Shown in pieces: positions 1-10,492 of a stretch of DNA of 64,000 nucleotides. Below the pieces are notes generated by a model, which did not search any database, was not told where the DNA came from, and saw only the letters and a list, made by a program, of their open reading frames with translations. Origin of the DNA: Rhodospirillales bacterium (GTDB taxonomy: Bacteria; Pseudomonadota; Alphaproteobacteria; Rhodospirillales; 2-12-FULL-67-15). The position numbers and the translations under genes are program-made. The stretch covers positions 65,139 to 129,138 of the forward strand of contig VGZQ01000001.1 in NCBI GenBank assembly GCA_016872535.1, written 5' to 3'. Each line of letters opens with the position of its first letter. The first letter of the stretch is position 1.

Positions 1-1714
1 TGGCGTTGCTGAGCAGATGGAAAAGAACGTGCTTGAGGCGCTTTTCGTCCGCCCGGAGCCAGCCGATGTCGTGCGGCGCGTCGAATTCCAGGCGCAAATC
101 CCGCTTTCGCGCCCGCTCGCGCACCAGATTCAGCACCGCGACCAGCATGGCGTGAACGTCGACCGCGTCGAGCTCCAACTCCAGCGTGCCCGCTTCGATC
201 GAGGCGAGATCGAGAATGTCCCTCACCACCTCCATCAGGCCGCGGGCCGATTCGTGGATGTGCCGGACGTATTCCGTCTGCCGGGGGTTGAGGGTTCCGA
301 AGTAGCCGGCGTCGAGCGTCTCGGCGAAGCCGATCACGCTGGTGAGCGGCGTGCGGATTTCGTGGCTGACGTTGGCGATGAACTGGGATTTCAGCCGCGC
401 CGCCTCCTCGAAGGCGAGCGCGCGCTCGAGCAGCGTTTCCTCGGTGCGCGCGCGGTCGGTGGCGTCGAGGTAGCCGAGCAGCACGGCCCCGTCCGGCAGG
501 GGCACGGTCGCGTAATCGATCACCGTGTCGTTCGAGCGCTCGATCCGCCCCTCGCCCTTGCGCCGCGACAGCAGCCGCCCGGCGAGCCGTTCGGCGAACG
601 CCGGCCAATCCTCCACGTCGCGGCGGAAGGGGCGCATCGCCTCGATGAAATCGGCGAGCCGCAGGCCGGCGGCGAGGGATTCCGGTTTCAAGTTCCAAAG
701 CCGGGCGAATTCGCGGTTGGCGAGCTTCAGGCGCCCGTCGGCGCCGAACACGGCGACGCCCTCGTGCAGGTTGTCGAGGGTCACGTCCTGGACCCGGGTC
801 GCGGTCTTGAGCGAGGATTTCAACGCAAGCTCCCCGGTCACGTCCTCGTAGACGAACACCGCGCCGCCGCCCTGGCGCGGGCTCGCGCGCATGGACAACA
901 CCGTGTCGTCGGGAAGATGGATCAAGGCGGGTTGCGCCGGTTGGGCGAGACGCAGCAGCGCCAGTTGTTCGGCCTTGTAGGCGTGGAAATCGGGAACTTC
1001 CGGCAGACGGCGGCGCGCGCGCAGCGCCTCCAGGACTTCGCCCAGATGCGGGCCGGTTTCCAGCCACCGGCGTTCGAGCCGCCACAACCCGGCGCAGGCG
1101 GCGTTGCACGCGGCGAGCCGGCCGTCGGCGGCGAACACGGCGACCGGGGTCGCGAGCGATTCCAGGATGTCGGCGGCGAAGGTTTCGCCCTCGGCCGCCG
1201 GAGACGGCGCGGCTTCGGACGCCGGGGTCGAGGGCGCGGGCGTTCCGGGCATCGGACGGAACCAAAGCGAATCGGCGACCGTGCCGCCGCCGGCGTCGCG
1301 CGCGCGGGTGCCCGCGACCGCGATCGGAATGCCGCCCCGCGTGACCACCGTATCGAAAATCGTGCCGTCGCTCCTCAGGCGTTCGGTCGCGCGAGCGAGC
1401 GTTTCGGCGTCGGCGGGGGGAAGCGCGGCCAGCACGTCGGCGAAGCGGAGCGCGTGCCCGTCGGCGCCGAGGCCGAGCAGCCGCGCCAAGCGGCGCGAGC
1501 AGAATTCGGTGCCGCGCGCGCCCTCGAACACGAAACTCGCGTCCGGACAAGCGGCGAGCAGCGCGCGGGCCCGGTCGGCGTCCTCGGCGGCGAGCAGGGC
1601 CCGGTTGGACGCCCGCTCGGCCGCGCGCTTGTAATAAAGAACGGCGGGCGCGCCCATCAGCAGCGCGATCCCCGCCGTCAGCGCCGGATAGAGCAGGTTT
1701 TCGGCCCCCGTCAT
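1..1714 (-). CDS. PAS-type sensor histidine kinase; C-terminal part lies beyond the window edge
   Basis: Reverse-strand reading from ATG (1714-1712) gives MTGAENLLYPALTAGIALLMGAPAVLYYKR (TM segment). H-box read at ~400-330: ARLKSQFIANVSHEIRTPLTSVI. The listed + ORF 17..1729 is its antisense shadow. Confidence 0.8.
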   Translation of the reverse strand, partial: MTGAENLLYPALTAGIALLMGAPAVLYYKRAAERASNRALLAAEDADRARALLAACPDASFVFEGARGTEFCSRRLARLLGLGADGHALRFADVLAALPPADAETLARATERLRSDGTIFDTVVTRGGIPIAVAGTRARDAGGGTVADSLWFRPMPGTPAPSTPASEAAPSPAAEGETFAADILESLATPVAVFAADGRLAACNAACAGLWRLERRWLETGPHLGEVLEALRARRRLPEVPDFHAYKAEQLALLRLAQPAQPALIHLPDDTVLSMRASPRQGGGAVFVYEDVTGELALKSSLKTATRVQDVTLDNLHEGVAVFGADGRLKLANREFARLWNLKPESLAAGLRLADFIEAMRPFRRDVEDWPAFAERLAGRLLSRRKGEGRIERSNDTVIDYATVPLPDGAVLLGYLDATDRARTEETLLERALAFEEAARLKSQFIANVSHEIRTPLTSVIGFAETLDAGYFGTLNPRQTEYVRHIHESARGLMEVVRDILDLASIEAGTLELELDAVDVHAMLVAVLNLVRERARKRDLRLEFDAPHDIGWLRADEKRLKHVLFHLLSNA

Positions 1715-1910
1715 GGCCGGGAATCTTAGTGGGATTGCGGATTCGGGGCCAAGCCGCGAGCCGGATGGCGCGCCAAGCCGGGCTTCCCGGGAACACGCCG
1801 TGGCCGGAACATCCTGGTGTCAAGGCGAATCGGGTTGACGCAGGTCAATGCCGCCGCCCGATCGGCGATTTATTATTTTTAAAATCCCGATTCCATCGAT
1901 GGAGAACGTC

Positions 1911-2897
1911 ATGAAAACCGTCGTCGCGCTGGGCGCGGTACTCGCGCTTCTCACGCAGGGTCCGGCTTTCGCCGCGAGCCAGGACAAGTACGAACTGGGT
2001 CAACCGTATCTCGCCTGGGAGCAGGCCTATCTCAAGGAGTTCCCCGACGCGCAAAAGGTCATGGACCGCATGATCGAAGTTTCGGTCCGCCAGATGAAGG
2101 AACCGGAACAGGATATCCTGCACAACCGCATCTGTTCGGCGCTCGCCTACAAGATGGCGCTCGACAGCAAGCTCGCCACGGCCGAGCGCCGGCTTGCGGT
2201 CGTCACCGACATCCTCCACAACATCGACAAGGAGGAAAAGGACGCCGTACTGACCAACCCGAAAGTGTTCGGCGAGACCGCGGCCATGGTCGCCCGCCTC
2301 AGGCAGGCCGGCTACTTCAAGGACGCGCCGCGTTTCTGGGCGGACGAGGCGGTGCTCAAAAATCCCAAGGTCGGCGGCAATCGTGCCCTCGTGCATCATC
2401 TGACCAGCGCGTTGGCCGCGGGCGAAATCCTGAAAACCGTCGACGGCTTCTCGGCCAAGGACATCGACCGCGTGCAGGCCGCGATCGTCGGCCACTCCAC
2501 CGGCTACTGGTACTTCCGCCAGTCGATCGACGACGCCGCCGGACGCAAGGCCGCGTGGGAGGCCCTCTACCCCGAACCGGAAGGCGATATCGCCCGCATC
2601 GCCCACGACGCGGATTTGATTTCCCAGTTCGCGCCGGAATCGGTCGTGCCCGACGGCAGCAAGTGGCGCACGCTCGCCGCCAAGCGTTGGGGCGCCAAGG
2701 GGGCGGTCGAGGAAGCGCACGTGGTCTATTACGTGTTCTTCCGCCTGTTCGAAGAGGCCAAGACCGAACCCGGCAAGGCGCTGGCGCGCGAACAGTGGGA
2801 GCAAATCCGTCCCGAGTTGCTGAAGTTGATGCAACTCAAGGCCGGCGACGATCCGGTCAAGATCTTGGGCGTTCCCAAGGTCTTCCACGGCTCGTAA
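1911..2897 (+). CDS. Secreted hypothetical protein with HD-superfamily-like His/Asp pattern (HN variant)
   Basis: GGAGA RBS at 1901-1905, ATG 1911. Signal peptide MKTVVALGAVLALLTQGPAFAAS. Motif order LHNRI...LHNIDK...VHHL...VGHSTG...AHDADL resembles H..HD..H..H..D. Confidence 0.6.
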   Translation: MKTVVALGAVLALLTQGPAFAASQDKYELGQPYLAWEQAYLKEFPDAQKVMDRMIEVSVRQMKEPEQDILHNRICSALAYKMALDSKLATAERRLAVVTDILHNIDKEEKDAVLTNPKVFGETAAMVARLRQAGYFKDAPRFWADEAVLKNPKVGGNRALVHHLTSALAAGEILKTVDGFSAKDIDRVQAAIVGHSTGYWYFRQSIDDAAGRKAAWEALYPEPEGDIARIAHDADLISQFAPESVVPDGSKWRTLAAKRWGAKGAVEEAHVVYYVFFRLFEEAKTEPGKALAREQWEQIRPELLKLMQLKAGDDPVKILGVPKVFHGS

Positions 2898-2986
2898 CGC
2901 TTCGAGACTGGACACCCGAGCGCCGATTCGGTCCAATACGCGCGGGGTCCGTTTCGAACCTTCTTTGAACGTAGGGAGAAGCCGTC

Positions 2987-4327
2987 ATGTCGAACCGCTT
3001 CCGTCGCGCGTTGGCCGGGCTTGCCGCCGCAACGGCGTTCCTGGCCGGGTCCGTGTCGGCCGCCGCACTCGAGGACAAGGTCGTCATCGTGACGTCGTTT
3101 TCGAAGGACCTGACCGCGCCTTATCAAAAGGCGTTCCAGCAGAAATACCCCGGCACCAAGGTCGAGGTGCTCAACAAACAGACCAACGCCGGCATCAAGT
3201 TCCTGCAGGAAACCGCGTCCAACAACCAGACCGACCTGTTCTGGGCTTCGGCGCCGGACGCGTTCGAAGTGCTCAAGAACGAAAAGCTGCTGCAGCCCTA
3301 CCGGCCGAAGGCCGCCGGCATCGCCGCCAAGATCGGCGCGTTCCCGGTCCACAACCCGGACGGGTTCTATTCCGGTTTCGCCGCGTCGGGTTACGGCATC
3401 ATGTACAACACCCGCTACATGGCGGCGAAGAAGCTTCCGGCGCCGAAGGAATGGGCGGACCTCGAAAAAGCGGTCTATTTCGATCACGTGGCGATTTCGG
3501 CGCCGTCGCGTTCCGGCACCACGCACCTGACCATCGAAACCATCCTGCAGGGCGAGGGCTGGGACAAGGGTTGGGCGACGGTCAAGGCGATGGCCGGCAA
3601 CTTCGCGCAGGTCACCGAACGCAGCTTCGGCGTGCCCGACGGCGTCAACAGCGGCACCTTCGGCATCGGCATCGTCATCGACTTCTTCGGATTCTCCTCG
3701 GCGGCGAGCGGCTTTCCGGTCGAGTTCGTCTACCCGACGGTGACCACCCTGGTGCCGGCCAATGTCGGCATCGTCAAGAACGCGCCGCACCCGCGCGCGG
3801 CGGAAGCGTTCATCGAATTTCTGCTCTCGCCCGAAGGCCAGGAAATCCTGTTCGACAAGGGCATCATGCGCTTGCCGGTGCTGCCCGCGGCCTACGCCCA
3901 GGCGCCGGCCGGCATGCCCAATCCGTTCAAGGATTCCTCGATCGGAGCGGCGGTCAAGTTCGACACCGTTCTTTCGGAAGGCCGCTACAACCTGGTCAAT
4001 TCTTTGTTCGACCAAATCATCACCTTCCGCCTCAACGACCTCAAGGCGGCGACCAAGGCAATCCACGAAGCCGAAGCCGCGCTCGCCAAGAAACCGAACG
4101 CGGCGGCCAAGGCGATGATCGCCGAGGCGCGCTCCCTGATCGCGGCCATGCCGATCAAGGAGGCGGAAGCCAACGACCCCAAGCTCGCCGGCGCGTTCAA
4201 GCCGGTCGAAAAGGGGCAGAAGCCGGCCGAGCGCCAGGCCCAGATCGAGGAACGCTGGGACGCGTTCGCCAAGGCGAATTACGCCAAGGCCAAGGATCTG
4301 GCGGAAAAAGCGCGGAAGATGCTGTAG
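2987..4327 (+). CDS. ABC transporter periplasmic substrate-binding protein (Fe3+/PotD-type family 1) with ~90-aa helical C-terminal extension
   Basis: Signal peptide MSNRFRRALAGLAAATAFLAGSVSAAA. Body resembles FbpA/AfuA-type binding proteins. Directly followed by permease and ATPase genes. Confidence 0.85.
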   Translation: MSNRFRRALAGLAAATAFLAGSVSAAALEDKVVIVTSFSKDLTAPYQKAFQQKYPGTKVEVLNKQTNAGIKFLQETASNNQTDLFWASAPDAFEVLKNEKLLQPYRPKAAGIAAKIGAFPVHNPDGFYSGFAASGYGIMYNTRYMAAKKLPAPKEWADLEKAVYFDHVAISAPSRSGTTHLTIETILQGEGWDKGWATVKAMAGNFAQVTERSFGVPDGVNSGTFGIGIVIDFFGFSSAASGFPVEFVYPTVTTLVPANVGIVKNAPHPRAAEAFIEFLLSPEGQEILFDKGIMRLPVLPAAYAQAPAGMPNPFKDSSIGAAVKFDTVLSEGRYNLVNSLFDQIITFRLNDLKAATKAIHEAEAALAKKPNAAAKAMIAEARSLIAAMPIKEAEANDPKLAGAFKPVEKGQKPAERQAQIEERWDAFAKANYAKAKDLAEKARKML

Positions 4328-4411
4328 CGTTGCCGTTCACCGGGACCGCGCCGGTTGCCGCGAGGCGATCGGCGCAGGCCCGACCATTGGAAAGAACGGC
4401 CGCCCGCGCGC

Positions 4412-6124
4412 ATGACCGACGCCGTCATTACTGTCGCCCGCCCGCGCATCCAGTGGGGTCGCGCTACGGTCGCGCTCGCGGTCGCGGTTTTTTTGCTCGT
4501 GTTTCTGGTGATCCCGGTCGTGCGCGTAATCTTCGTCGCTTTTCTCGACCCGCACACCGGCGCTTTCACCCTGATCAACTTCGTCGACTTCTTCAACACG
4601 TCGCTGTTCCTGGAATCGTTCTGGAATTCGATCTACGTAGCGGGCATGGCGGTGATCTGCTCGACGCTGATCGCGCTGCCGCTCGCCTATTTCACCACCC
4701 GCTTCAATTTCAAGGGCGCGGTGTTGATCCAGAGCCTCGGCTTTATTCCCCTGATCATGACCCCGTTCGTCGGCGCGGTGGCGATGCAGATGATCTTCGG
4801 GTCGAATGGGACGCTCAATCTGCTGCTTGGCGACTGGTTCGGGATCAACGTCCCGTTCATGCGGGGACTTAACGCCGTCATCTTCGTGCAAAGCATCCAT
4901 TATTTCCCGTTCATCCTGATCAACCTGTCGGCGAGCCTGGTGACCATCGACCGCACCATGGAGGAGTCGGCGCAGAACCTCGGCGCCCACGGTTTCCGTC
5001 TGTTCCGGCGCGTGGTCTTTCCGCTGGCCATGCCCGGATACGTGGCCGGCGCCTCGATTGTGTTCCTCAAGGTGTTCGACGACCTCGGCACGCCGCTGTT
5101 GCTCAACGTCAACAACATGCTCGCGCCGCAAGGGTACTTGCGCATCACCACCATCGGCATCAACGACCCGATGGGCTACGTGATCTCGGTATTGCTGGTC
5201 GTCTTTTCGCTCGGCGCGGTTTGGGGCGCGCTGTTGACGCTGCGCGGCAAGGACTACGCCACCACGCAGAAGGGCGGCGGGGGGTTAAGCAAGCGCGACC
5301 TGCGCCCGTGGGAGCAGGTCGGCTGCTACGCCGTGGTCGCCTTCATCCTGCTGGTGGTGCTGTCGCCGCACATCGGCCTCTTGCTGCTCTCCTTCGGCAC
5401 CGTTTGGTCGTTCGCGCCGCTGCCGGACGCCTACACCATGGCCCACTACGCCGAGGTGTTCAAAACCTCGCCGCAGTTCATCACCAACACCCTTCTCTAT
5501 TCGTCGGTCGCGGCCCTGATCGACGTCGTGCTCGGCACCGCCATCGCCTACATCGTCATGCGCACCGATTTGGCCGGCCGGCGCTGGCTCGATTACGTCG
5601 CCATGTCGGCGATCGCCATTCCGGGCCTGGTGCTCGGGATCGGCTATTTGCGCACGTTTTACGATTTTCAGTTGCCGTGGAGCGGCCAATCGCTCGCCTC
5701 CTGGTGGGTGATCCTGGCGATCGCGCTTTCGGTGCGGCGCCTGCCCTACGCGCTCCGCGCCTGCAGCGCGGGCCTTCATCAGGTGAGCGAGGCGCTCGAG
5801 GAATCGGCCGAAAACCTCGGCGCCACCAAATGGCGCACGATCAAGCGCGTTGTCGTGCCGCTGATGCTGGGCGCGATACTCGCCGGCTTCGTCACCAGTT
5901 TCGCGACCGCGGCGGTCGAACTGTCCACCACCATCATGCTGGTGACGAGCGAAACCGACGCACCGCTTTCCTATGGCATCTATGTCTTCATGCAAACTCC
6001 GGCGGGCCGGGGCGCCGGCGCGGCGCTCGGCGTGATCGCGGTGGTGATCGTCGGCCTGGCGACGTATCTTTCCCACCGCGTCATCGAGGAAAGCAGCCGG
6101 TCCCATACAATGACCGCGCCATGA
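4412..6124 (+). CDS. ABC transporter permease, fused two-domain (FbpB-like)
   Basis: About 12 hydrophobic segments in two halves. Stop overlaps the ATPase start (ATGA at 6121-6124). Start chosen at MTDAVITV; ORF opens at 4355. Confidence 0.85.
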   Translation: MTDAVITVARPRIQWGRATVALAVAVFLLVFLVIPVVRVIFVAFLDPHTGAFTLINFVDFFNTSLFLESFWNSIYVAGMAVICSTLIALPLAYFTTRFNFKGAVLIQSLGFIPLIMTPFVGAVAMQMIFGSNGTLNLLLGDWFGINVPFMRGLNAVIFVQSIHYFPFILINLSASLVTIDRTMEESAQNLGAHGFRLFRRVVFPLAMPGYVAGASIVFLKVFDDLGTPLLLNVNNMLAPQGYLRITTIGINDPMGYVISVLLVVFSLGAVWGALLTLRGKDYATTQKGGGGLSKRDLRPWEQVGCYAVVAFILLVVLSPHIGLLLLSFGTVWSFAPLPDAYTMAHYAEVFKTSPQFITNTLLYSSVAALIDVVLGTAIAYIVMRTDLAGRRWLDYVAMSAIAIPGLVLGIGYLRTFYDFQLPWSGQSLASWWVILAIALSVRRLPYALRACSAGLHQVSEALEESAENLGATKWRTIKRVVVPLMLGAILAGFVTSFATAAVELSTTIMLVTSETDAPLSYGIYVFMQTPAGRGAGAALGVIAVVIVGLATYLSHRVIEESSRSHTMTAP

Positions 6125-7224
6125 AGCCGGATACCCAACCCGCGCCGCGCGCCGCCGGAATCATCCTGGATCGGGTCCGGATCGCGTTCGGCAAAAACGT
6201 CGTCATCAAGGACGTGAGCCTGAAAATCGCGCCGGGCGAGTTTTTCGCGTTCCTCGGGCCGTCGGGATCGGGCAAATCAACCTTGCTGCGCGCTATCGCC
6301 GGCTTCGGACCGCCGCCGGACGGGCGTATCCTCATCGGCGACGAGGATGTGACCCGTCAGCCTCCCTGGACCCGCAACGTCGGCATGGTATTCCAGAGCT
6401 ACGCGCTCTGGCCGCACCTGAACGTGCGCAAGAACGTCGCCTTCGGGCTGGAGGAGCGGCGCCTGCCCGCAGACGAAATCCGCGAGCGGGTCGATTGGGC
6501 GCTCAAGCTGGTCGGGCTCACCGAATTCGGCGAACGGCGGCCGTCGCAGCTGTCGGGCGGCCAGCAGCAGCGGGTGGCGCTGGCGCGCACCATCGTCATC
6601 CGGCCGCGCGTGCTGCTGCTCGACGAGCCGCTCTCCAACCTGGACGCCAATTTGCGCGTGACGATGCGCCGCGAAATCCGCGAGTTGCAGCGCCGCCTCG
6701 ACCTCACCACCGTGTTCGTCACCCACGACCAGGAAGAGGCCAACACCGTTTCCGACCGCATCGCCGTGCTCGATGCCGGCGTGATCCAGCAGGTCGGCCG
6801 GCCGATCGAGCTTTACGACAATCCTGTCAACCGCTTCGTCGCCAAGTTCCTCGGCACCGCCAACCTGCTCGACGGCGCGATCGAACGAAGCGCGGGCGAA
6901 ACCGCCTTCCGTTCGACCGGCGGACTGGTCGTTCCGGTCGCGGCGGCGGCGCCGGCGGCGGGCGCGGCGTGCGCGCTCCTGTTCCGGCCGCAAAGCCTGA
7001 CCATCGCCGCCCCGGCCCAAGCCGCCCCCGACGGCCGCGTCCGTTTCGAGGGCACGGTCGCGCACCGCGAATTCCTCGGCAGCCACGTCCGCTACGCGGT
7101 GCGCGTCAACGGCCACGACATCCTGGTCGATTCCAGCCACGATCCGGGCGAGCCGGGTTTCGAGAAAGACGACCGCGTCTCTCTCTTTCTCGATCGCAAC
7201 CGGACCCGCGTGCTGGCGGTTTAA
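6121..7224 (+). CDS. ABC transporter ATP-binding protein (FbpC/PotA-like)
   Basis: Walker [10 protein letters not shown], signature [13 protein letters not shown], Walker B LLLDEPLS, plus a C-terminal TOBE-like tail. Internal start of listed ORF 5221..7224. Confidence 0.9.
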   Translation: MKPDTQPAPRAAGIILDRVRIAFGKNVVIKDVSLKIAPGEFFAFLGPSGSGKSTLLRAIAGFGPPPDGRILIGDEDVTRQPPWTRNVGMVFQSYALWPHLNVRKNVAFGLEERRLPADEIRERVDWALKLVGLTEFGERRPSQLSGGQQQRVALARTIVIRPRVLLLDEPLSNLDANLRVTMRREIRELQRRLDLTTVFVTHDQEEANTVSDRIAVLDAGVIQQVGRPIELYDNPVNRFVAKFLGTANLLDGAIERSAGETAFRSTGGLVVPVAAAAPAAGAACALLFRPQSLTIAAPAQAAPDGRVRFEGTVAHREFLGSHVRYAVRVNGHDILVDSSHDPGEPGFEKDDRVSLFLDRNRTRVLAV

Positions 7225-8621
7225 TAGCGATAGGCGTCCGACTTGAACGGGCCGGCCGCGCCGACGCCGATGTAATTGGCCTGGGCGGGCGTGAGCCTGG
7301 TGATCTTGGCGCCGAGCTTGTCGAGGTGCAGCGCCGCGACCTTTTCGTCCAGGTGCTTGGGCAGCACGTAGACTTTCTTCTGGTATTTGGCGCCGTTGGT
7401 CCAGATCTCGATCTGGGCGAGCACCTGGTTGGCGAAGGAGGCGCTCATGACGAAGCTCGGGTGGCCGGTGGCGCAGCCGAGGTTCACCAGCCTTCCTTCC
7501 GCGAGCAGGATGATGCGCTTGCCGTCGGGAAACTCGATTTCGTCCACCTGCGGCTTGACGTTGTGCCACTTGTAATTGCGCAAGCCCGCCACCTGGATTT
7601 CCGAATCGAAGTGGCCGATGTTGCAGACGATGGCGCGGTCCTTCATCGTCCGCATGTGATCGACGGTGATGACGTCGATGTTGCCGGTGGCGGTGACGAA
7701 GATGTCGGCGCGCGGGGCGGCGTCTTCCATGGTCGTCACCTCGAAGCCTTCCATCGCCGCCTGCAGCGCGCAGATGGGATCGACCTCGGTCACCAGCACG
7801 CGACAGCCGGCGTGGCGCAAGCTGTCGGCCGAGCCCTTGCCGACGTCGCCGTAGCCGCAGACCACGGCGACCTTGCCCGCCATCATCACGTCGGTGGCGC
7901 GGCGGATGCCGTCGACCAGGCTTTCGCGGCAGCCGTACTTGTTGTCGAATTTTGATTTGGTGACCGAGTCGTTGACGTTGATGGCGGGGAACAGCAGCGT
8001 GCCCTTCTTTTCCATCTCGTACAGGCGATGGACGCCGGTGGTGGTTTCCTCGGTCACGCCGCGGATGTGCTTGGCGGTGGCCGAATACCAGCCCGGCTTC
8101 TCCGCCAGGCGCTTTTTGATGGCGGCGAAGAGAACTTCTTCTTCCTCGCTCGTCGGCTTGGCGAGGACCGAAATATCCTTTTCCGCGCGCGAGCCGAGGT
8201 GCATCAAGAGCGTGGCGTCGCCGCCGTCGTCGAGGATCATGTTGGGCGCGCCGCCGTCGGCCCATTCGAAGATGCGGTGGGTGTAATCCCAATAATCGAC
8301 CAGGGATTCGCCCTTGACCGCGAACACGGGCGTGCCCTTGGCGGCGATGGCCGCCGCGGCGTGGTCCTGGGTCGAATAGATGTTGCACGACGCCCAGCGG
8401 ATATCGGCGCCAAGCGCCTGCAGCGTCTCGATCAGGACCGCGGTCTGGATGGTCATGTGGAGCGAGCCCGCGATGCGCGCGCCCTTGAGCGGCTTGGCCG
8501 GACCGTATTCGCGCCGGATCGCCATCAGGCCGGGCATCTCGGTTTCGGCGATATTCATTTCCTTGCGGCCCCAATCGGCGAGGGCGAGGTCCTTGATCAC
8601 GTAATCGGGCGCGGTGGGCAT
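7221..8621 (-). CDS. ahcY: Adenosylhomocysteinase
   Basis: 466 aa: [36 protein letters not shown]... with NAD-binding GYGDVGKG. Full-length match to the SAH hydrolase family pattern. Confidence 0.97.
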   Translation of the reverse strand: MPTAPDYVIKDLALADWGRKEMNIAETEMPGLMAIRREYGPAKPLKGARIAGSLHMTIQTAVLIETLQALGADIRWASCNIYSTQDHAAAAIAAKGTPVFAVKGESLVDYWDYTHRIFEWADGGAPNMILDDGGDATLLMHLGSRAEKDISVLAKPTSEEEEVLFAAIKKRLAEKPGWYSATAKHIRGVTEETTTGVHRLYEMEKKGTLLFPAINVNDSVTKSKFDNKYGCRESLVDGIRRATDVMMAGKVAVVCGYGDVGKGSADSLRHAGCRVLVTEVDPICALQAAMEGFEVTTMEDAAPRADIFVTATGNIDVITVDHMRTMKDRAIVCNIGHFDSEIQVAGLRNYKWHNVKPQVDEIEFPDGKRIILLAEGRLVNLGCATGHPSFVMSASFANQVLAQIEIWTNGAKYQKKVYVLPKHLDEKVAALHLDKLGAKITRLTPAQANYIGVGAAGPFKSDAYRY

Positions 8622-8710
8622 GGCGGAGATTCCGGTTGCGGGGGGCTATGGTCGCGGGAGGGGTGCGGGTTTAGCAGGGCATCCCCCCTTCGGCAAGCCG
8701 GGAAAGACCC

Positions 8711-10486
8711 CTACTCCTGCAGCGCGTTGAAATCGTCGAGCAGCATGGCGATCCGGACCGAATCGACCTGATCCATCATCAGGAGCGCGCGGTGGCGGGC
8801 GGCGAGCGAGTCCATGGCGCGGATGCGCTGCTTGACGCGCGGCAGGCTCGCCGCCGCCATGGAGAGTTCGCGGAAGCCCAGGCCCACCAGCAGCGCGGTG
8901 TAGCGCGGATCGCCCGCGATCTCGCCGCAGATGCTGACCGGAATGGCGGCGCGCAAGCCGGCCTCGGACGCGAACTGCATCAGGCGCAGCACCGCCGGGT
9001 GCAGCGGATCGAACAGGTGCGCGACCGTTTCGTTGGCGCGGTCGGCGGCGAGCGTGTACATGGTGAGGTCGTTGGAGCCGATGGCGATGAAATCGCACAC
9101 CTTGGCGAGCGAATCGGCGGCGAGCGCCGCGCCCGGCACCTCGATCATCGCGCCGACCGGCGGCAGCTTGTCCTTGTCCGGCAGCCGGCGATGCAGGCGG
9201 CGCGCGACCTGTTCCAGGATTTCGCGCGTCTTGCGCACCTCGCCCGCCGTGGTCACCATCGGCAGCAGAATGCGCACCGGCCCGTGGGCGGAGGCGCGGA
9301 GGATGGCGCGCAGCTGGGTTTCGAGCGTATCGCGCTTTTGCAGCGAGAGGCGTATGCCGCGCAGGCCCAGCGCCGAAGGCCCGCCGCCGCCGAGACCGTC
9401 GGTCAGCGCGGCGGCGAGTTTCTCCGCGCCGACGTCGAGGGTGCGGATGGTGACCGGGCGGCCGCCCATGGCGGCGACGACGCGGGTCAGTTCGCGCGTC
9501 TGTTCGTCCTCGCTCGGCAGGTCGTCGCGGTTCATGAACATGAATTCGGTGCGGAGCAGCCCGACGCCGGCGGCGCCGGCCTGGCGAACCGCGTCCATTT
9601 CCAGCGGCAGCTCCACGTTCGCCTCGAGAATGATTTCGGCGCCGTCGCGGGTCGCCGCCGGCAAATCGCGCAGGCGGGCGAGCCGGCGCACCTCGCGGTG
9701 CCGCTCCTCGCGCCGGCGCTCGTAAGCCGCGAGCGTCGAAGGCTGGGGATCGAGGATCACGCGCCCCGCGTCGCCGTCGACGATGGCGACGGTTCCGTTT
9801 TCCGCGTAGTCCACCAGGCCGGCGACGCCGAGCACGGCGGGCAAGCCGAGCGCGCGGGCCATGATCGCGGTGTGGCTTTCCGCGCCGCCGACCGTGGCGG
9901 CGCAGCCGACGACGCGTTCGGGATTCAATTGCGCGGCTTCGGCCGGGGTGATCAGGTCGGCGACGATGACCGAGCCCTTGGGCGCGATCGAAAACGGCTT
10001 GACCGGATCGCGCGTCAGGTTGCGGATCAGGCGGGTGCCGATGCCGCGGATGTCTTCCAGCCGGGCGGCGAGATAGGGATCGTCCATCGCCGCGAAGGCG
10101 CGCGCGATTTCGCCGATCTCCGCGTCGACCGCGGCCTCGGCGTTGACGCGGTCGCGCTCGATCCGCCCGCGCGCCCCGCGCAGCAGGCGCGAATCGCCGA
10201 GCATCTGCGCGTAGACGTCGAGCAGGTGGCCCAGTTCCTCGGCGGCGGCGCCGCGCAGGCTCTTGGCCTTGGTCCGGAGCCGGCCGAGCTGGCGCCGGGC
10301 GGCGGCGACGGCGGCGTCGAGGCGGGCGAGTTCGGCCTCGACCGCGCGCGCGGCGATCGCGTAGGTCGGCACCTCGACCGAGCCGCTCGCGCGCACGTAG
10401 GCCGGGCCGATGGCGATGCCGGGCGACACGCCGAGGCCCTTGAAGCTCCGCTCCGGCCGGCGTTCCGATGACATGGCCGACGACAT
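8711..10486 (-). CDS. ptsI: Phosphoenolpyruvate-protein phosphotransferase (PTS enzyme I), no N-terminal GAF domain
   Basis: 591 aa. N-terminus GLGVSPGIAIGPAYV, catalytic-His region GGAESHTAIMARALGLPAV, C-terminal PEP-utilising domain IGSNDLTMYTLA. Confidence 0.93.
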   Translation of the reverse strand: MSSAMSSERRPERSFKGLGVSPGIAIGPAYVRASGSVEVPTYAIAARAVEAELARLDAAVAAARRQLGRLRTKAKSLRGAAAEELGHLLDVYAQMLGDSRLLRGARGRIERDRVNAEAAVDAEIGEIARAFAAMDDPYLAARLEDIRGIGTRLIRNLTRDPVKPFSIAPKGSVIVADLITPAEAAQLNPERVVGCAATVGGAESHTAIMARALGLPAVLGVAGLVDYAENGTVAIVDGDAGRVILDPQPSTLAAYERRREERHREVRRLARLRDLPAATRDGAEIILEANVELPLEMDAVRQAGAAGVGLLRTEFMFMNRDDLPSEDEQTRELTRVVAAMGGRPVTIRTLDVGAEKLAAALTDGLGGGGPSALGLRGIRLSLQKRDTLETQLRAILRASAHGPVRILLPMVTTAGEVRKTREILEQVARRLHRRLPDKDKLPPVGAMIEVPGAALAADSLAKVCDFIAIGSNDLTMYTLAADRANETVAHLFDPLHPAVLRLMQFASEAGLRAAIPVSICGEIAGDPRYTALLVGLGFRELSMAAASLPRVKQRIRAMDSLAARHRALLMMDQVDSVRIAMLLDDFNALQE

Positions 10487-10492
10487 GGGCGG

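Noticed and set aside
17-1729. 570-aa + strand ORF at the left edge.
   Set aside because: It is Arg/Gly/Ala-rich with no motifs. The opposite strand encodes a clear histidine kinase (H-box SHEIRTPLTSVIGFAE), so this is an antisense shadow ORF typical of high-GC DNA.
8622-8710. Possible SAH riboswitch in the 89-nt ahcY leader.
   Set aside because: I could not find the conserved SAH-element core as I recall it. The leader is short and also has to hold the ptsI 3' end. A covariance-model scan (Rfam RF01057) would be needed to revive this.
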